64,000 nucleotides of DNA, from positions 62,001-126,000 of the forward strand of contig CP128817.1 in assembly GCA_051546255.1 (NCBI GenBank), read 5' to 3'. Made by a program: the position numbers and the translations under genes. The stretch is from Meyerozyma guilliermondii. Taxonomy: Eukaryota. Shown here in pieces: positions 30,757-41,058 of the stretch; position 1 is the stretch's first letter; every line of letters begins with the position of its first letter. The notes beneath the pieces are model-generated. The model was not told the DNA's origin, ran no database searches, and saw only the letters and a program-made list of their open reading frames with translations.

Positions 30757-32523
30757 ATGCTTTTCAGGGGTAATCGGATACTTTCCCGGCATTTGAGACA
30801 TAAATTAACTTTTGGACGCGGAATTTCAGGTACGGGACTTAAAAGTGGTGTCCAGCTGAACCGTGCAGTATTTTTCGCAGCCATTGGTGGGGCATTTATT
30901 GGGGCTGCAACTGTATTTGCAACTACTACTAAAAACCATGAAAAGAACAAACCACCTCAACTTTCAACGAGTCCAATTGACACGGTGGAGCCAGTGGTGT
31001 ATGCTGATAACAATGACTTTGAATTGGCGGTCGAAAAAATGAAAAAAGTAGTAGGCGAGAACAATGTTAGTACTGATGAAGCAGAATTGAAAGCCCAATC
31101 AGATTCATTCTTTAGCACTCATCATCCACCCGATCCTTTGAAACAGAAACCAAAAGCATTAGTGTATCCGCTGTCAACAGAAGAGGTTGCTGAACTAGTG
31201 AAAATTGCCCATGAGTATCGGGTACCTGTGATTGCAACTTCCGGATTTACTTCACTTGAAGGCCAGGCAATGCACACAAGAGGACCCAATAGCATTGCTA
31301 TCTCCTTTGCCAACATGCACAAAATCTTGAAAATACACCCAGAAGATCTTGACATGACGGTAGAAGCTGGTACAAGTTGGCAAGATATTGATCAATATCT
31401 TTTAAGCAATGACGATACCAGCCATTTGATGTTTGGTCCCGACCCAGGAATGGGTGCTTGCATTGCAGGGATGGTTTCGACTTCAGCTAGTGGCACCAAT
31501 GCATACAAATATGGAACCATGAAAGAAAATGTCGTCAACTTGACGGTGGTTTTGGCCGATGGAACTATTATCAAAACCAAGCAACGGCCTCGCAAAACCA
31601 GTGCCGGTTACGACATCACCAGGCTCTTTATTGGAGCCGAGGGCACACTAGGAATCATCACTGAAATCACCGTAAAATTGCATGTTCGACCAGTTGTTGA
31701 ATTCGTAACCTTGGCTTCGTTTCCCACTATTAAAGATGCCGCCGCCACGGCTCTGGAGATCATTTCCAAGAGCGGCTTGCAACCCAATGCCATTGAGATA
31801 TTGAACGAAGCTATGGTATCATTTGTCAACTCGAGTCAAGGACAAAATGATCATAAATTTTTGGAGAAACCAACACTTCTCTTCAAATTTGGCGGTCCCA
31901 CTAAAAAGGACGTTGATACCCAGGTTGAAGTTGCAAGGAAAATTGCATCGAAAAACCTGCTCATCAACTTGGAAACATCTAGTAATCGTGAAGATAACGA
32001 CACCTTATGGACAGCTCGTCGAGCAGGACTTTGGTCTACCTACGAATATGGTTCCAAAGTGCTAGAAAACAAAGATGATGTTCAAGTTTGGACCACAGAC
32101 ATTGCCGTACCCATTTCAAAATTGGCTCAGGTGATTTCAGAGACAAATGACGATATTCGAGCTCTGGGATTTGGAGACAAGTTCTCGATCATGGGCCACA
32201 TTGGAGATGGAAACTGCCATTTTCTCATCCTCTACAACTCTCCTGACTACAAAAAAGTACAGAAAGTGGTCGACAGAATGGTATACCGAGCAATTGACCT
32301 CGAGGGAACCTGTACTGGTGAGCATGGAGTTGGAATAGGAAAGAGAAAATATTTGAACAAAGAGCTCGGAAAAGAAACCGTTGATTTGATGAGACACCTC
32401 AAACTCCTGATGGATCCAAGAAGAATCCTAAACCCTGATAAGATTTTCCGTGTAGACCCTTCGGACACTTTGGATGCTCAATTTGATGCGGCACACATCC
32501 ATGATCATGGATGTTGTAGTTAG
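30757..32523 (+). CDS. DLD1: Mitochondrial D-lactate dehydrogenase (cytochrome), FAD-linked oxidase
   Basis: Presequence from ATG 30757, PDPG, RPRKTSAGYD, HIGDGNCH, TGEHGVGIGK, ILNPDKIF. Confidence 0.88.
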   Translation: MLFRGNRILSRHLRHKLTFGRGISGTGLKSGVQLNRAVFFAAIGGAFIGAATVFATTTKNHEKNKPPQLSTSPIDTVEPVVYADNNDFELAVEKMKKVVGENNVSTDEAELKAQSDSFFSTHHPPDPLKQKPKALVYPLSTEEVAELVKIAHEYRVPVIATSGFTSLEGQAMHTRGPNSIAISFANMHKILKIHPEDLDMTVEAGTSWQDIDQYLLSNDDTSHLMFGPDPGMGACIAGMVSTSASGTNAYKYGTMKENVVNLTVVLADGTIIKTKQRPRKTSAGYDITRLFIGAEGTLGIITEITVKLHVRPVVEFVTLASFPTIKDAAATALEIISKSGLQPNAIEILNEAMVSFVNSSQGQNDHKFLEKPTLLFKFGGPTKKDVDTQVEVARKIASKNLLINLETSSNREDNDTLWTARRAGLWSTYEYGSKVLENKDDVQVWTTDIAVPISKLAQVISETNDDIRALGFGDKFSIMGHIGDGNCHFLILYNSPDYKKVQKVVDRMVYRAIDLEGTCTGEHGVGIGKRKYLNKELGKETVDLMRHLKLLMDPRRILNPDKIFRVDPSDTLDAQFDAAHIHDHGCCS

Positions 32524-32713
32524 CTATATGAACCCTCAATCCAATATAGAATGAAAGAGTAAAGCACCCTCTTTTAAAAAATCGATTGGTCAGTGACTTG
32601 CAACTATTTCGAAGTCCAAACAAGTTCTATGCTAATCGATTAAACCGTCCCATGTATATGTCAGTACCTGCATATACCCACTCAATAAATTTCACTCAAT
32701 CTACTATCTAGCC

Positions 32714-33118
32714 ATGGTTTCTCTGCAAGCACAAGCTCCTGGCGCCGTGGATCTCCAGGCCCAATCTGATATATGCACCAAGGTCCATAGCTTCAAAAAC
32801 CCAAACAGACCACCTCCAGGAGGTGCACGAAGGTTTAAGCCAGCACGTCAGATGTTGGGAGACGAAATCAAGTACCTTCAAAGCAAACTGAATATAAAGT
32901 TCGATACCCCTACATACGTCTCTGTGGCTGCTCCACCCAGCTTGAAGCCTGCAAAGCATTATTGTGACATTACAGGACTTCCTGCTCGTTACAAAAATCC
33001 CAGTAACGGATTGAGGTTTTACAATGTTGAAATATACCAAGAAGTAATCAAGCATATGCCACCTGGAGTGGACCAGGAGTACTTGAGTTTGCGTGGAGCC
33101 AACGTTGTATTGAAGTGA
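32714..33118 (+). CDS. IES6: INO80 complex subunit Ies6
   Basis: YL1-C domain: APPSLKPAKHYCDITGLPARY...YLSLRGANVVLK. Confidence 0.92.
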   Translation: MVSLQAQAPGAVDLQAQSDICTKVHSFKNPNRPPPGGARRFKPARQMLGDEIKYLQSKLNIKFDTPTYVSVAAPPSLKPAKHYCDITGLPARYKNPSNGLRFYNVEIYQEVIKHMPPGVDQEYLSLRGANVVLK

Positions 33119-33356
33119 TGAAAAGAAGAATCAATATACAAGAATAACTTACATTGATACTAGTGTAGATTTCACCGAAAAAAGTAATGAAGTAAAGTAC
33201 AGTGTTCACGTTGCTGAAGGTTCTGGTAAAGTTCTGGTGATGGTTCTAGTGAAGTGCAATTGGTTGAAACTTGAAGAAAGGACTTGGTTTCCAAAGGAGG
33301 TATGTGACGTAGTCTGAGGTGTTTTCTGATGAGTTCTGGTTTTGAGTATTCTGAGT

Positions 33357-33911
33357 TTAGTTGTGTGTCAGTGCTTCAGCTTCGCCTTGCCCATTCCACT
33401 GCTCCACAATCTCCCGTATGCTATTGTCAAACTTGGGTCCTTGGAGCACAGATGCCAGATCGTTCTGGTCGATGCAACTGAACGGATTACAAACTATGCG
33501 AAGATAACATCGTAAAATGCGAGAAAAAAGGTCATTAAAACTCTGTTTTACCGTCTCACCCTCCTCCTCAACAGTTTCTGTAGTTGTTCCTACTATTATT
33601 TTGAGACCAGTGCTGGTTTCATTACCATATACTGTGACATCATCTTGAACAAAAAGAAGAGTAGCACCACCCAAATCAAGTTCTGCCAGCCGTTGCTCCT
33701 GCTGCTGCTGCTCGTGCAACGATAATGTCATCGGCGAGGCAAAAATATCAAGCGCCATGTGTGAAAGAAAATTATACTTGAGAAACCGATTGGCATTGAC
33801 AGTGTCTTCACCAGTTACGTTTTTGGGTAAGTCAAATGCCTGGATATAAAGGGGCGAGTCATCTCGCGAAACGAGTGACACAAAGCAGATCCGACACGCC
33901 CTGGACCTCAT
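33357..33911 (-). CDS. TCA17: TRAPP sedlin-like subunit Tca17
   Basis: FVSLVSRDDSPLYI, LKYNFLSHMALDIF, ETSTGLKIIVG, CNPF. Confidence 0.8.
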   Translation of the reverse strand: MRSRACRICFVSLVSRDDSPLYIQAFDLPKNVTGEDTVNANRFLKYNFLSHMALDIFASPMTLSLHEQQQQEQRLAELDLGGATLLFVQDDVTVYGNETSTGLKIIVGTTTETVEEEGETVKQSFNDLFSRILRCYLRIVCNPFSCIDQNDLASVLQGPKFDNSIREIVEQWNGQGEAEALTHN

Positions 33912-34464
33912 AAATGCAATTGTGGACTGTGAATGTGGGAATAGTGAGTCTCTGGTCCACTATCGCCAGAAACCTAGGTGATCGGGCGCTTACGTAATCA
34001 CCAATCCATACGGCTCGATTCAATTAGACGTGAGCTGTAGAGATGTTTTCCACAAGAAGTCCGCATTGCAAGCCTGATTCAGGTATGATTGGATGATTTT
34101 GCAATTCGCAAAGTGAAATCAGAATTTTGATAGTAAGATACGATATCATTGTAGTATTTTTGTCATTAATTTCTGGTGCGGAGAATACAGTGGAAACGCC
34201 CAGCTAATATACACCAAGTTCTTGTTATAGTTTTGCAGCGATCGACTAGCACATGCCTTCTCTTGCCGAATCCATCTAGCATTTTGAACTTTTCGCAATC
34301 AAAGCTATCTGATTATCGCGCAACTTTCACCGCTAGTATAAATTTTTGGGGAAGTACTAGAAATGGGCGATAAGTAAGTAGGCAGATAGAGAGATAATTA
34401 ATTGCTTAAGCCAACTCTCTTCAATGGCTGCTGTCGGAGTATTGACGGTAACATCGTACCGAGT

Positions 34465-34488
34465 TTCGGCAAAACACGAAAATGCCGA
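34465..34488. promoter_or_regulatory. Cluster element copy 1 (TCGG-N15-CCGA), putative Zn2Cys6 site
   Basis: TTCGGCAAAACACGAAAATGCCGA; CGG at 34467-69, CCG at 34485-87; TATAAAT at about 34504. Confidence 0.75.
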
Positions 34489-34553
34489 TCGAAGCATGGG
34501 AGCTATAAATTGCCGGTGCTGCCAAAATGGAAATCGTAAGATTAAATCAAAGG

Positions 34554-35867
34554 ATGAGTGTGCCTACAATTGACTACGAACAGTTGTGGGAAGATATCAC
34601 AGTCAAGACTTGCCAATGGAGTCAATTGAAGGAAAATTCTTCCGGTATCAGTAGACTATCGTTATCTGAGGAAGACAAAAAAGTACGCGATTGGTTCGTT
34701 GCCGAATGCAAGTTGTTGGGATGTGAGATAAAAGTTGACCGAGTGGGAAACATATTTGCGGTATACACCGATGTGTTGCATCCGGAATTGAGTCCGATCG
34801 GTATGGGAAGTCATTTAGATACTCAACCCATGGGAGGACGCTTCGATGGAATCTTGGGTGTGGTGTCTGCCTTAGGAGTATTACGAGCTATCAAGCGTAG
34901 TGGTTACAAACCGTACTTTCCACTAGCTGCTGTAAATTGGACTAATGAAGAAGGAGCTCGATATCTGAAAATGTGCATGGGCTCTGGCGTTTGGTGTGGG
35001 CAATTATCGCCTGATGAGATTCTCAAACTTAAAGATATCGATGGAAAAAAAGTCCTGCTGGAATTGGAGGCTATTGGGTACAATGGACCCATAGCGCCTG
35101 ATCACAAGGTTAACAAATTGAGTGCTCACTTTGAATTGCATATTGAGCAGGGTCCAAAACTCGAGGAGATGTTGGCGCATGAAGGCGGCAGTATTGGTAT
35201 AGGAATCGTACAAGGAATCCAAGCCATGAGATGGTACCAAGTTGAAATAGAGGGACAAGAAGGACATGCTGGAGCGCTCGAAATGGTCAGAAGACACGAT
35301 GCATTGGTTGCAGCTTCTAGATTAGTCTTGGACCTCGATGAGGCAGCTAGAGCGACGCAAAGTGTTGCAACCGTTGGTAGGCTCATACCAAAGACGATCG
35401 CTCCAAACACAATAGTGGGAAAGGTTGACTTGATATTCGACTGTAGGGCAATTAAAGAGTCCCAGTTAGACTCGATCATTCAAAAGGTTGAAAGTACAAT
35501 TAAATCACTATCGCAAGATGGAGGTTATCATATTGAAATGCGTCAAATTTGGGCCCACAAAGCTGTAACTTTCAACGAAGATTGCATTGCAGCAGTTGAG
35601 GAAGTACTTGAAACAAGACCAGACATCCCAACATTAAAAATGTTTAGCGCTGCTGGTCATGATAGCGCATCAACGGCTTCTGTAGTTCCCACTACAATGA
35701 TCTTCGTGCCTTCTGTGGGGGGAATTTCCCATAATCCTGCCGAGTTCACAACTAAGGATCAATGTAAAGCTGGTGCAGAAGTCTTACTCGAATCAGTGTT
35801 GGGCTACGACAAAAAACTAAAAGCATCGATGGAGGCACCGGGAAATCAGATTGAGAAAGGTACATAA
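34554..35867 (+). CDS. M20-family N-carbamoyl-amino-acid amidohydrolase (beta-ureidopropionase/Pyd3-like); alternative ATG at 34527
   Basis: GSHLDTQP, DGILGV, WTNEEGAR, HFELHIEQGP, GHAG, SAAGHD, SHNPAE. Confidence 0.9.
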   Translation: MSVPTIDYEQLWEDITVKTCQWSQLKENSSGISRLSLSEEDKKVRDWFVAECKLLGCEIKVDRVGNIFAVYTDVLHPELSPIGMGSHLDTQPMGGRFDGILGVVSALGVLRAIKRSGYKPYFPLAAVNWTNEEGARYLKMCMGSGVWCGQLSPDEILKLKDIDGKKVLLELEAIGYNGPIAPDHKVNKLSAHFELHIEQGPKLEEMLAHEGGSIGIGIVQGIQAMRWYQVEIEGQEGHAGALEMVRRHDALVAASRLVLDLDEAARATQSVATVGRLIPKTIAPNTIVGKVDLIFDCRAIKESQLDSIIQKVESTIKSLSQDGGYHIEMRQIWAHKAVTFNEDCIAAVEEVLETRPDIPTLKMFSAAGHDSASTASVVPTTMIFVPSVGGISHNPAEFTTKDQCKAGAEVLLESVLGYDKKLKASMEAPGNQIEKGT

Positions 35868-35900
35868 AAGGATTCATAGATTTTGTCGAGCATTCTATAT

Positions 35901-37515
35901 CTATTCGTTAATCGATACTATTTGAAAAAACGAGTTCAAGTCATTACTAATTGACCGGGCAGCCATGTTTCCACACGCAGATTGAAATTGGAGAATTGAC
36001 AAAGGTTCTAATATTTCATAAAAGCCTTTCCGGCCCTTCATTATGTTACTGATAAGAACTATCAGAATGGCAGAATACAAGTAATTTGAGTCGTAAAACC
36101 CTAATTTTGATATCAATTGATTATCTTTGCAAAACTTCATTAGTTTGATGATGCTTGTAGCAGCAGCAAGTCCTGTTATGACTGGTTGCGACGACCAAAT
36201 TGTGTCATTGAATTTTGGAGAATTCATAGACGCTAAATTGAAATAGTACAAAAAAACTGGGCGTAGTGCCAAAATGGTCGTCTGGTTGTAAAACAAAAGT
36301 AACGATGCGTCCTTTCTTTCTTTAACAGTGGATGTTTCAAGTGAGGGTCTAATAGCAGCAGGTAGCTCTTTTTTAAACTGCTCGAGACTATCCAAGACAG
36401 AAAAGATTTGCAGCATGTCTTTGGCGATATTAAAGGATTTGGCATAGATGGTCGAGAGTATTTTCGACGTAATAACCGCCAACTTGATGTTCAAAGTAAA
36501 GTAAGTGTGATCGAAAAAGAGTCCTTCCTCGTCTGTTCCTAGCTGCGTCCTTGAAGGTAACGGAACATCCACATGGTCAACGCATATATGCTGCGGGGTG
36601 CCCAAGAGCGAAACACAAAACATTTCCATAACAAATGCCGTCCACCATGTTCGTGATCTATGTTCCTTTACTACTGGACTGACGTTTGACCCAGGCAGTT
36701 TGTGAAGGCCGATATGGAGGGCTTTTCTTACGGCACACGCACTATGAATTGAAGCAAGTCCTCTCTGATTGAGGATAAGGAGGTACCACGCAAATAGGAT
36801 GTGGGTTTGTATTGCAATCAAGGAGAAACTCGAGTTAACTTCATGCAGATACTTGAGGGCCAATTTGAAGTACAGATAGCCCGGAAAATCGTCCGTGACA
36901 ATCGTATTTTTATCGTACACAGCTCCCAAGGACATCACTAGACAGAATTGCGATACAACCATAGGATGATTTCGATCTATACCGTTAGAGTAAATAGAAT
37001 CGATGTTCAATAGGAGCTCGTCGTATAAAAAAAAGTGATAGTCATATTGCAAAAAACTCAAAAACTTTTTAAGGTTGTCCACAACTGCCACGCCAGCGGG
37101 AAGTGTCGCATCGTCATCGACATCAATATTTGGGGTGTCAAGCTCTTCGCTATTGAATTTTAATGCCAGATCTGGGTCGATCACATTAGCGACTCTGGCT
37201 AAGAATTCTTGCGTGTTGCTAGAAAGGAGCGGCTCGAAATGAGCAGTAGAGTCAAATTCTTTCGGCAGAGGACTCTGGCTATCTTCAAAAAGTCGTAATC
37301 TTTCTCGCAAACCCTCAAGTTCTCGAAGACTTATGTTAATTCGCCGATCCTTGCCCAGGTAGACACAGCGTACATTTCGAGCAGCACAAGACCGGCAAGA
37401 CGGACGTTCACCGGAGCATTTTGTTTTCGACTTGTGGCACCTGTTACACCTACATCTGTTAATAATGGGCCCCGGATTTCATTTTGGTCACAACTTACGC
37501 TGCCGATGTCCTCAT
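35901..37515 (-). CDS. Zn(II)2Cys6 transcription factor, join(37515..37499,37449..35901)
   Basis: A 49-nt intron at 37498-37450 (GTAAGT, TATTAAC, TAG) yields MRTSAACNRCHKSKTKCSGERPSCRSCAARNVRCVY with six Cys. Middle-homology region reads IGLHK...EHRSRTWWT...LGTP. The ORF track misses the DNA-binding domain. Confidence 0.9.
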
Positions 37516-37593
37516 AGATTAATTGCAGTCAAGGCAATTTTGCGTGAAAGAACCCGATCTAATATCGTATTTTTGTGCGGCTCATCATGCGAG

Positions 37594-37617
37594 TTCGGCA
37601 ACTATCCAAAATGCCGA
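37594..37617. promoter_or_regulatory. Cluster element copy 2 (TCGG-N15-CCGA) in the TF/permease divergent promoter
   Basis: TTCGGCAACTATCCAAAATGCCGA; CGG at 37596-98, CCG at 37614-16; TATAAAA at about 37661. Confidence 0.75.
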
Positions 37618-37713
37618 TCTGTATCGCTCGCTCGAACCGCTCCAACAGATGTCTCAAAGTTATAAAAGAGAGGTGCTTTGGTCCATTAAGGACCACGGTA
37701 CAGGGAAGGAGAC

Positions 37714-39174
37714 ATGATGGAAAAGCTGGAGTTCTCAGAAAGTGTTCTTAAAAGTGAAGAGTTGAGCACTCACGAGGAACAAGATCAAGAGTTCAAGAAC
37801 ATCGAGAAGAGAGTATTAAGAAAATTTGATTTCATCATCATGCCATGTCTTTGCCTAGCCTATCTCTTCTCCACCTTGGACAAGGCAAATATTGGGAATG
37901 CTAAGGTGGCTGGTATGAGTGACGACTTGGGATTGAGTGGTAATCAATTTGGAAATGTTGTAAGTTTACTTTATATCACCTATGTGATAGTTGAAACGCC
38001 ATTGGCACTCATTCTCAAGTTTGTTGGAGCAAAGTATGTTTTGTCAGTCTTGTGTTTTCTTTTCGGTATATGCTGCTTGTGTACTGCCCTTGCAACCGAC
38101 TACCATTCCCTCTTGGCATGCAGAATGTTAGTGGGACTTTTCGAAGCAGGTATAATTCCTTGCATCAATGTGTACTTGAGTATGTTGTACACAAAAAAAG
38201 AAGTTGCAAAAAGATGTGCAGCCGTTTACTCTGCTGGTGCCGTCTCTGGAGCGTTTGGAGGTTTATTGGCTTATGGGTTGACTAAGATTAACACCGACAA
38301 ATGGTCCGGATGGCAGTTCTTGTTCGCCGTGGAAGGTGGTTTGACCATTTTGGCAGCTCCAGTAATAATTCTTCTTCTTCCTCGTAACGTAAGGGAAGCT
38401 TGGTGGCTCAATAAGGAAGAGAGAAAAGTATTGACCACACGATTGGCAACTTACTCTGATTTTCACCAAGATGAGAAATTCATGTGGTCTGAGGTTGTTA
38501 GAGGATTAAAGGATATCAACACAGTTGTGGTATGCCTCTATCAGTTTTGTGTGGATGTCACTTTGTTTGGAATATCAACTTTTTTACCCTCGATTATTCT
38601 TGGTATGGGCTACGATTCGTATAAGACTCAGCTTATGACGATCCCATTCTATGTGGTTGCCCTTCTTAGTTTTGCAACAACCTGTTACTTTTCGGACAAG
38701 ACAGGTAATCGAGGGTTCTTTATTGCTGGAGGAGTGGTTTGTGAAATTATTGGTTATATCATTTTGATTGCTAGTAACCCGCTTGGCTCCAGATATTTCG
38801 GTTGTTTGATGATCGGCCTAGGAATCTACATCTGTTCAGGTTTAAGTGTTATGTGGATTAACAACAACAATGCTGGACATTATAAGAGAGCTACAGCCGC
38901 AGGTATGTGTACCACTATTGGAAATATCGCTGGTGTACTCGCAGGTCAAATTTACACAGCAGATACGGCTCCACGTTATTTTAAAGGATTGAAGATTGCG
39001 CTAGGAATGACATGTGCAGCTTTGGTGTTTTGTTCACTTATGATCTATAATTATTACCTGATGAATAAGAAGAAAGAGAGAATTATAGCCGCTATGAGTG
39101 CTGAGGAGATTGACCAAATGAATGCCAATTTGGCTCATAAAGATACTGATTTAACTTTCAAGCTTTTACTTTAA
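37714..39174 (+). CDS. MFS anion:cation symporter, Dal5/Tna1 family
   Basis: RKFDFIIMP, LDKANIGNAK, GLFEAG, GWQFLFAVEG, AGHYKRA, APRY; about 12 hydrophobic segments. Confidence 0.88.
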   Translation: MMEKLEFSESVLKSEELSTHEEQDQEFKNIEKRVLRKFDFIIMPCLCLAYLFSTLDKANIGNAKVAGMSDDLGLSGNQFGNVVSLLYITYVIVETPLALILKFVGAKYVLSVLCFLFGICCLCTALATDYHSLLACRMLVGLFEAGIIPCINVYLSMLYTKKEVAKRCAAVYSAGAVSGAFGGLLAYGLTKINTDKWSGWQFLFAVEGGLTILAAPVIILLLPRNVREAWWLNKEERKVLTTRLATYSDFHQDEKFMWSEVVRGLKDINTVVVCLYQFCVDVTLFGISTFLPSIILGMGYDSYKTQLMTIPFYVVALLSFATTCYFSDKTGNRGFFIAGGVVCEIIGYIILIASNPLGSRYFGCLMIGLGIYICSGLSVMWINNNNAGHYKRATAAGMCTTIGNIAGVLAGQIYTADTAPRYFKGLKIALGMTCAALVFCSLMIYNYYLMNKKKERIIAAMSAEEIDQMNANLAHKDTDLTFKLLL

Positions 39175-39334
39175 ACTCTTTACATAGATTAGAATTGCAT
39201 AGATATGTTTCTTGGGTTAAGTTATCATTACGAAGCATGAGCTTTGTTATATAGAAGTAAATAGAAAAGCAAACTTTTATCTCATAACAGTACTATGTTT
39301 GTAAACTGCTCTAATCTCACAACACTTACATTTA

Positions 39335-40878
39335 CTACATATAAGATGGTCTCCACTCAGATATCCACTTGTTAGTTGGAACAGCCAACTGACTCTTACC
39401 TCTAGGTACGAATGCGCCAGATTTGGATGCATCATCGGTGAATTTGCCTTCCTCAAAGACAACCTTACCCTTCAAAATATTGTAACGGGGCCAGTTATGG
39501 ATATTAAAACCTTCAAAAGGCGTATAGTCACACTCAGTATGCAAATTCTTGGAAGAGATCGAATTTTTGTAAGTTCCTTCAGGATACCAAATAACAATGT
39601 CCGCGTCCGACACACCCGGGTTCAAAGTGCCTTTTTGTGGGTATAACCCATAAAGTTTGGCAGGGTTAATGCAATTAAGCTCAACAAATTTGGTCCATGA
39701 AATCTTCTTTTCTAGAACTCCGAAGCTTGCGAGAAGAGCTAACCTTGTTTCAACACCAGGGCAGCCATTAGGGATCCACTTGAACTCACCGTTGTGGCCG
39801 TTCTTGAAAGCGATACGCTTTCCATCTTCACTGTGATATTTGGTAGGACAGTGATCTGACGAGAAAATAGTAATGGAATTATCCTCGAGTCCGTTCCATA
39901 CCGCTTGTTGGTCCTTTTCGCTATGGCGGGGTGGTGGCGAGCAAAGGTATTTAGCACCTTCAAAAGGATCGTGACAATGTATCCGCTTCAAGTCCTCAGC
40001 TTTGAGAAGGAGATACTGAGGACATGTTTCCGCAAATACACTTAAGCCTCTGGAGCGTGCTTCTCTAATTGATCTTATAGCCTCTGGTGCTGAAACATGG
40101 ACGAAGAGCACGGGAGAATCCATTGCTTCAGACATAACAATTGCCCTGTTCGTTGCTTCTCCCTCAAAGATAGAAGGACGAGAAATCGCATGATAATAGG
40201 GTTCTGTGTGACCCTGTTCCTCCAACGAGTCGATCATCCACTGGATCATATCCCCATTTTCGGCGTGCAACATGACCGTGATTCCACACTTCCTGGCATA
40301 ATAGAGTACTGTCATCAAATCATAATCCCTCATTTGCAACTTGGGGTAGGTCATAAACAACTTAATGCTCGTCACTTTCCCCTCCTCTGCCAATAAAGTC
40401 AATTGTTGCTCAAGACAGTCTTTCTCAATTTTATACATGACTAAATGCAATGAATAATCACAATAAAGCATGTCTCCACACTTTTCTTGACACTTTTTTA
40501 TAGTTCGGATTAGAGCTTCGGCGCCCAGGTCATTTGGATCTTGTGATGCAAATGCAATGATAGTTGTTGTTCCTCCCGCAGCTGCGCTTCGGGTTCCCAG
40601 TTCGAAGTCGTCCGAAATTTTTCCAAAGAGATCTAATGGCTCTTTTAGGTGAACATGAGCATCTACACCACCTGGAGTAACTATTGCACCCTCCGCATCG
40701 ATCACTTTTCTTGACGTCGCTTTTGACAAGTCCCCAATTTTTGCTATCTTTCCATCTTGCACACCGATATCGGCCCTCCTTAAATACTCGGTGCACACAA
40801 ATCCATTCTAGTTGTTAGAGAAACATTTGATTCAACAAAGCACCTTTGGTTACTTACCGTAATTATTAAATCGAACAT
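39335..40878 (-). CDS. Dihydropyrimidinase/hydantoinase (Pyd2-like cyclic amidohydrolase), join(40878..40858,40807..39335)
   Basis: A 50-nt intron at 40857-40808 (GTAAGT, CTCTAAC, TAG) gives MFDLIITNG. Metal motifs DAHVH, SIKLFMTY (carbamylated Lys), LHAEN, FVHVS, SDHC. C-terminal EWRPxY as in Lachancea kluyveri Pyd2. Confidence 0.92.
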
Positions 40879-40940
40879 CTTTTTTGTTAGTTGCGGATTG
40901 TAAGAAGCTTTTATTGATTTTGCAGCCATACAGGCTTACT

Positions 40941-41010
40941 TTCGGCACGCGCCTTAATTGATCGGTGGTTGCGAAAAATGCCGAACTTGCATTCGGCATG
41001 AGATGCCGAA
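40941..41010. promoter_or_regulatory. Cluster element copy 3 plus three extra TTCGGCA half-sites in the hydantoinase/monooxygenase divergent promoter
   Basis: TCGGTGGTTGCGAAAAATGCCGA (CGG 40963-65, CCG 40981-83). Half-sites at 40941-47, 40992-99 and 41003-10; TATAAA at 41021. Confidence 0.78.
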
Positions 41011-41058
41011 GTGATTTCAATATAAATTGAAGGGTACCGCCTCCATTGAAATCAGGAA

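Noticed and set aside
33211..33256. Degenerate GTTCTGGT repeats between IES6 and TCA17
   Set aside because: Short, decayed and located in a convergent 3' region; no functional clue.
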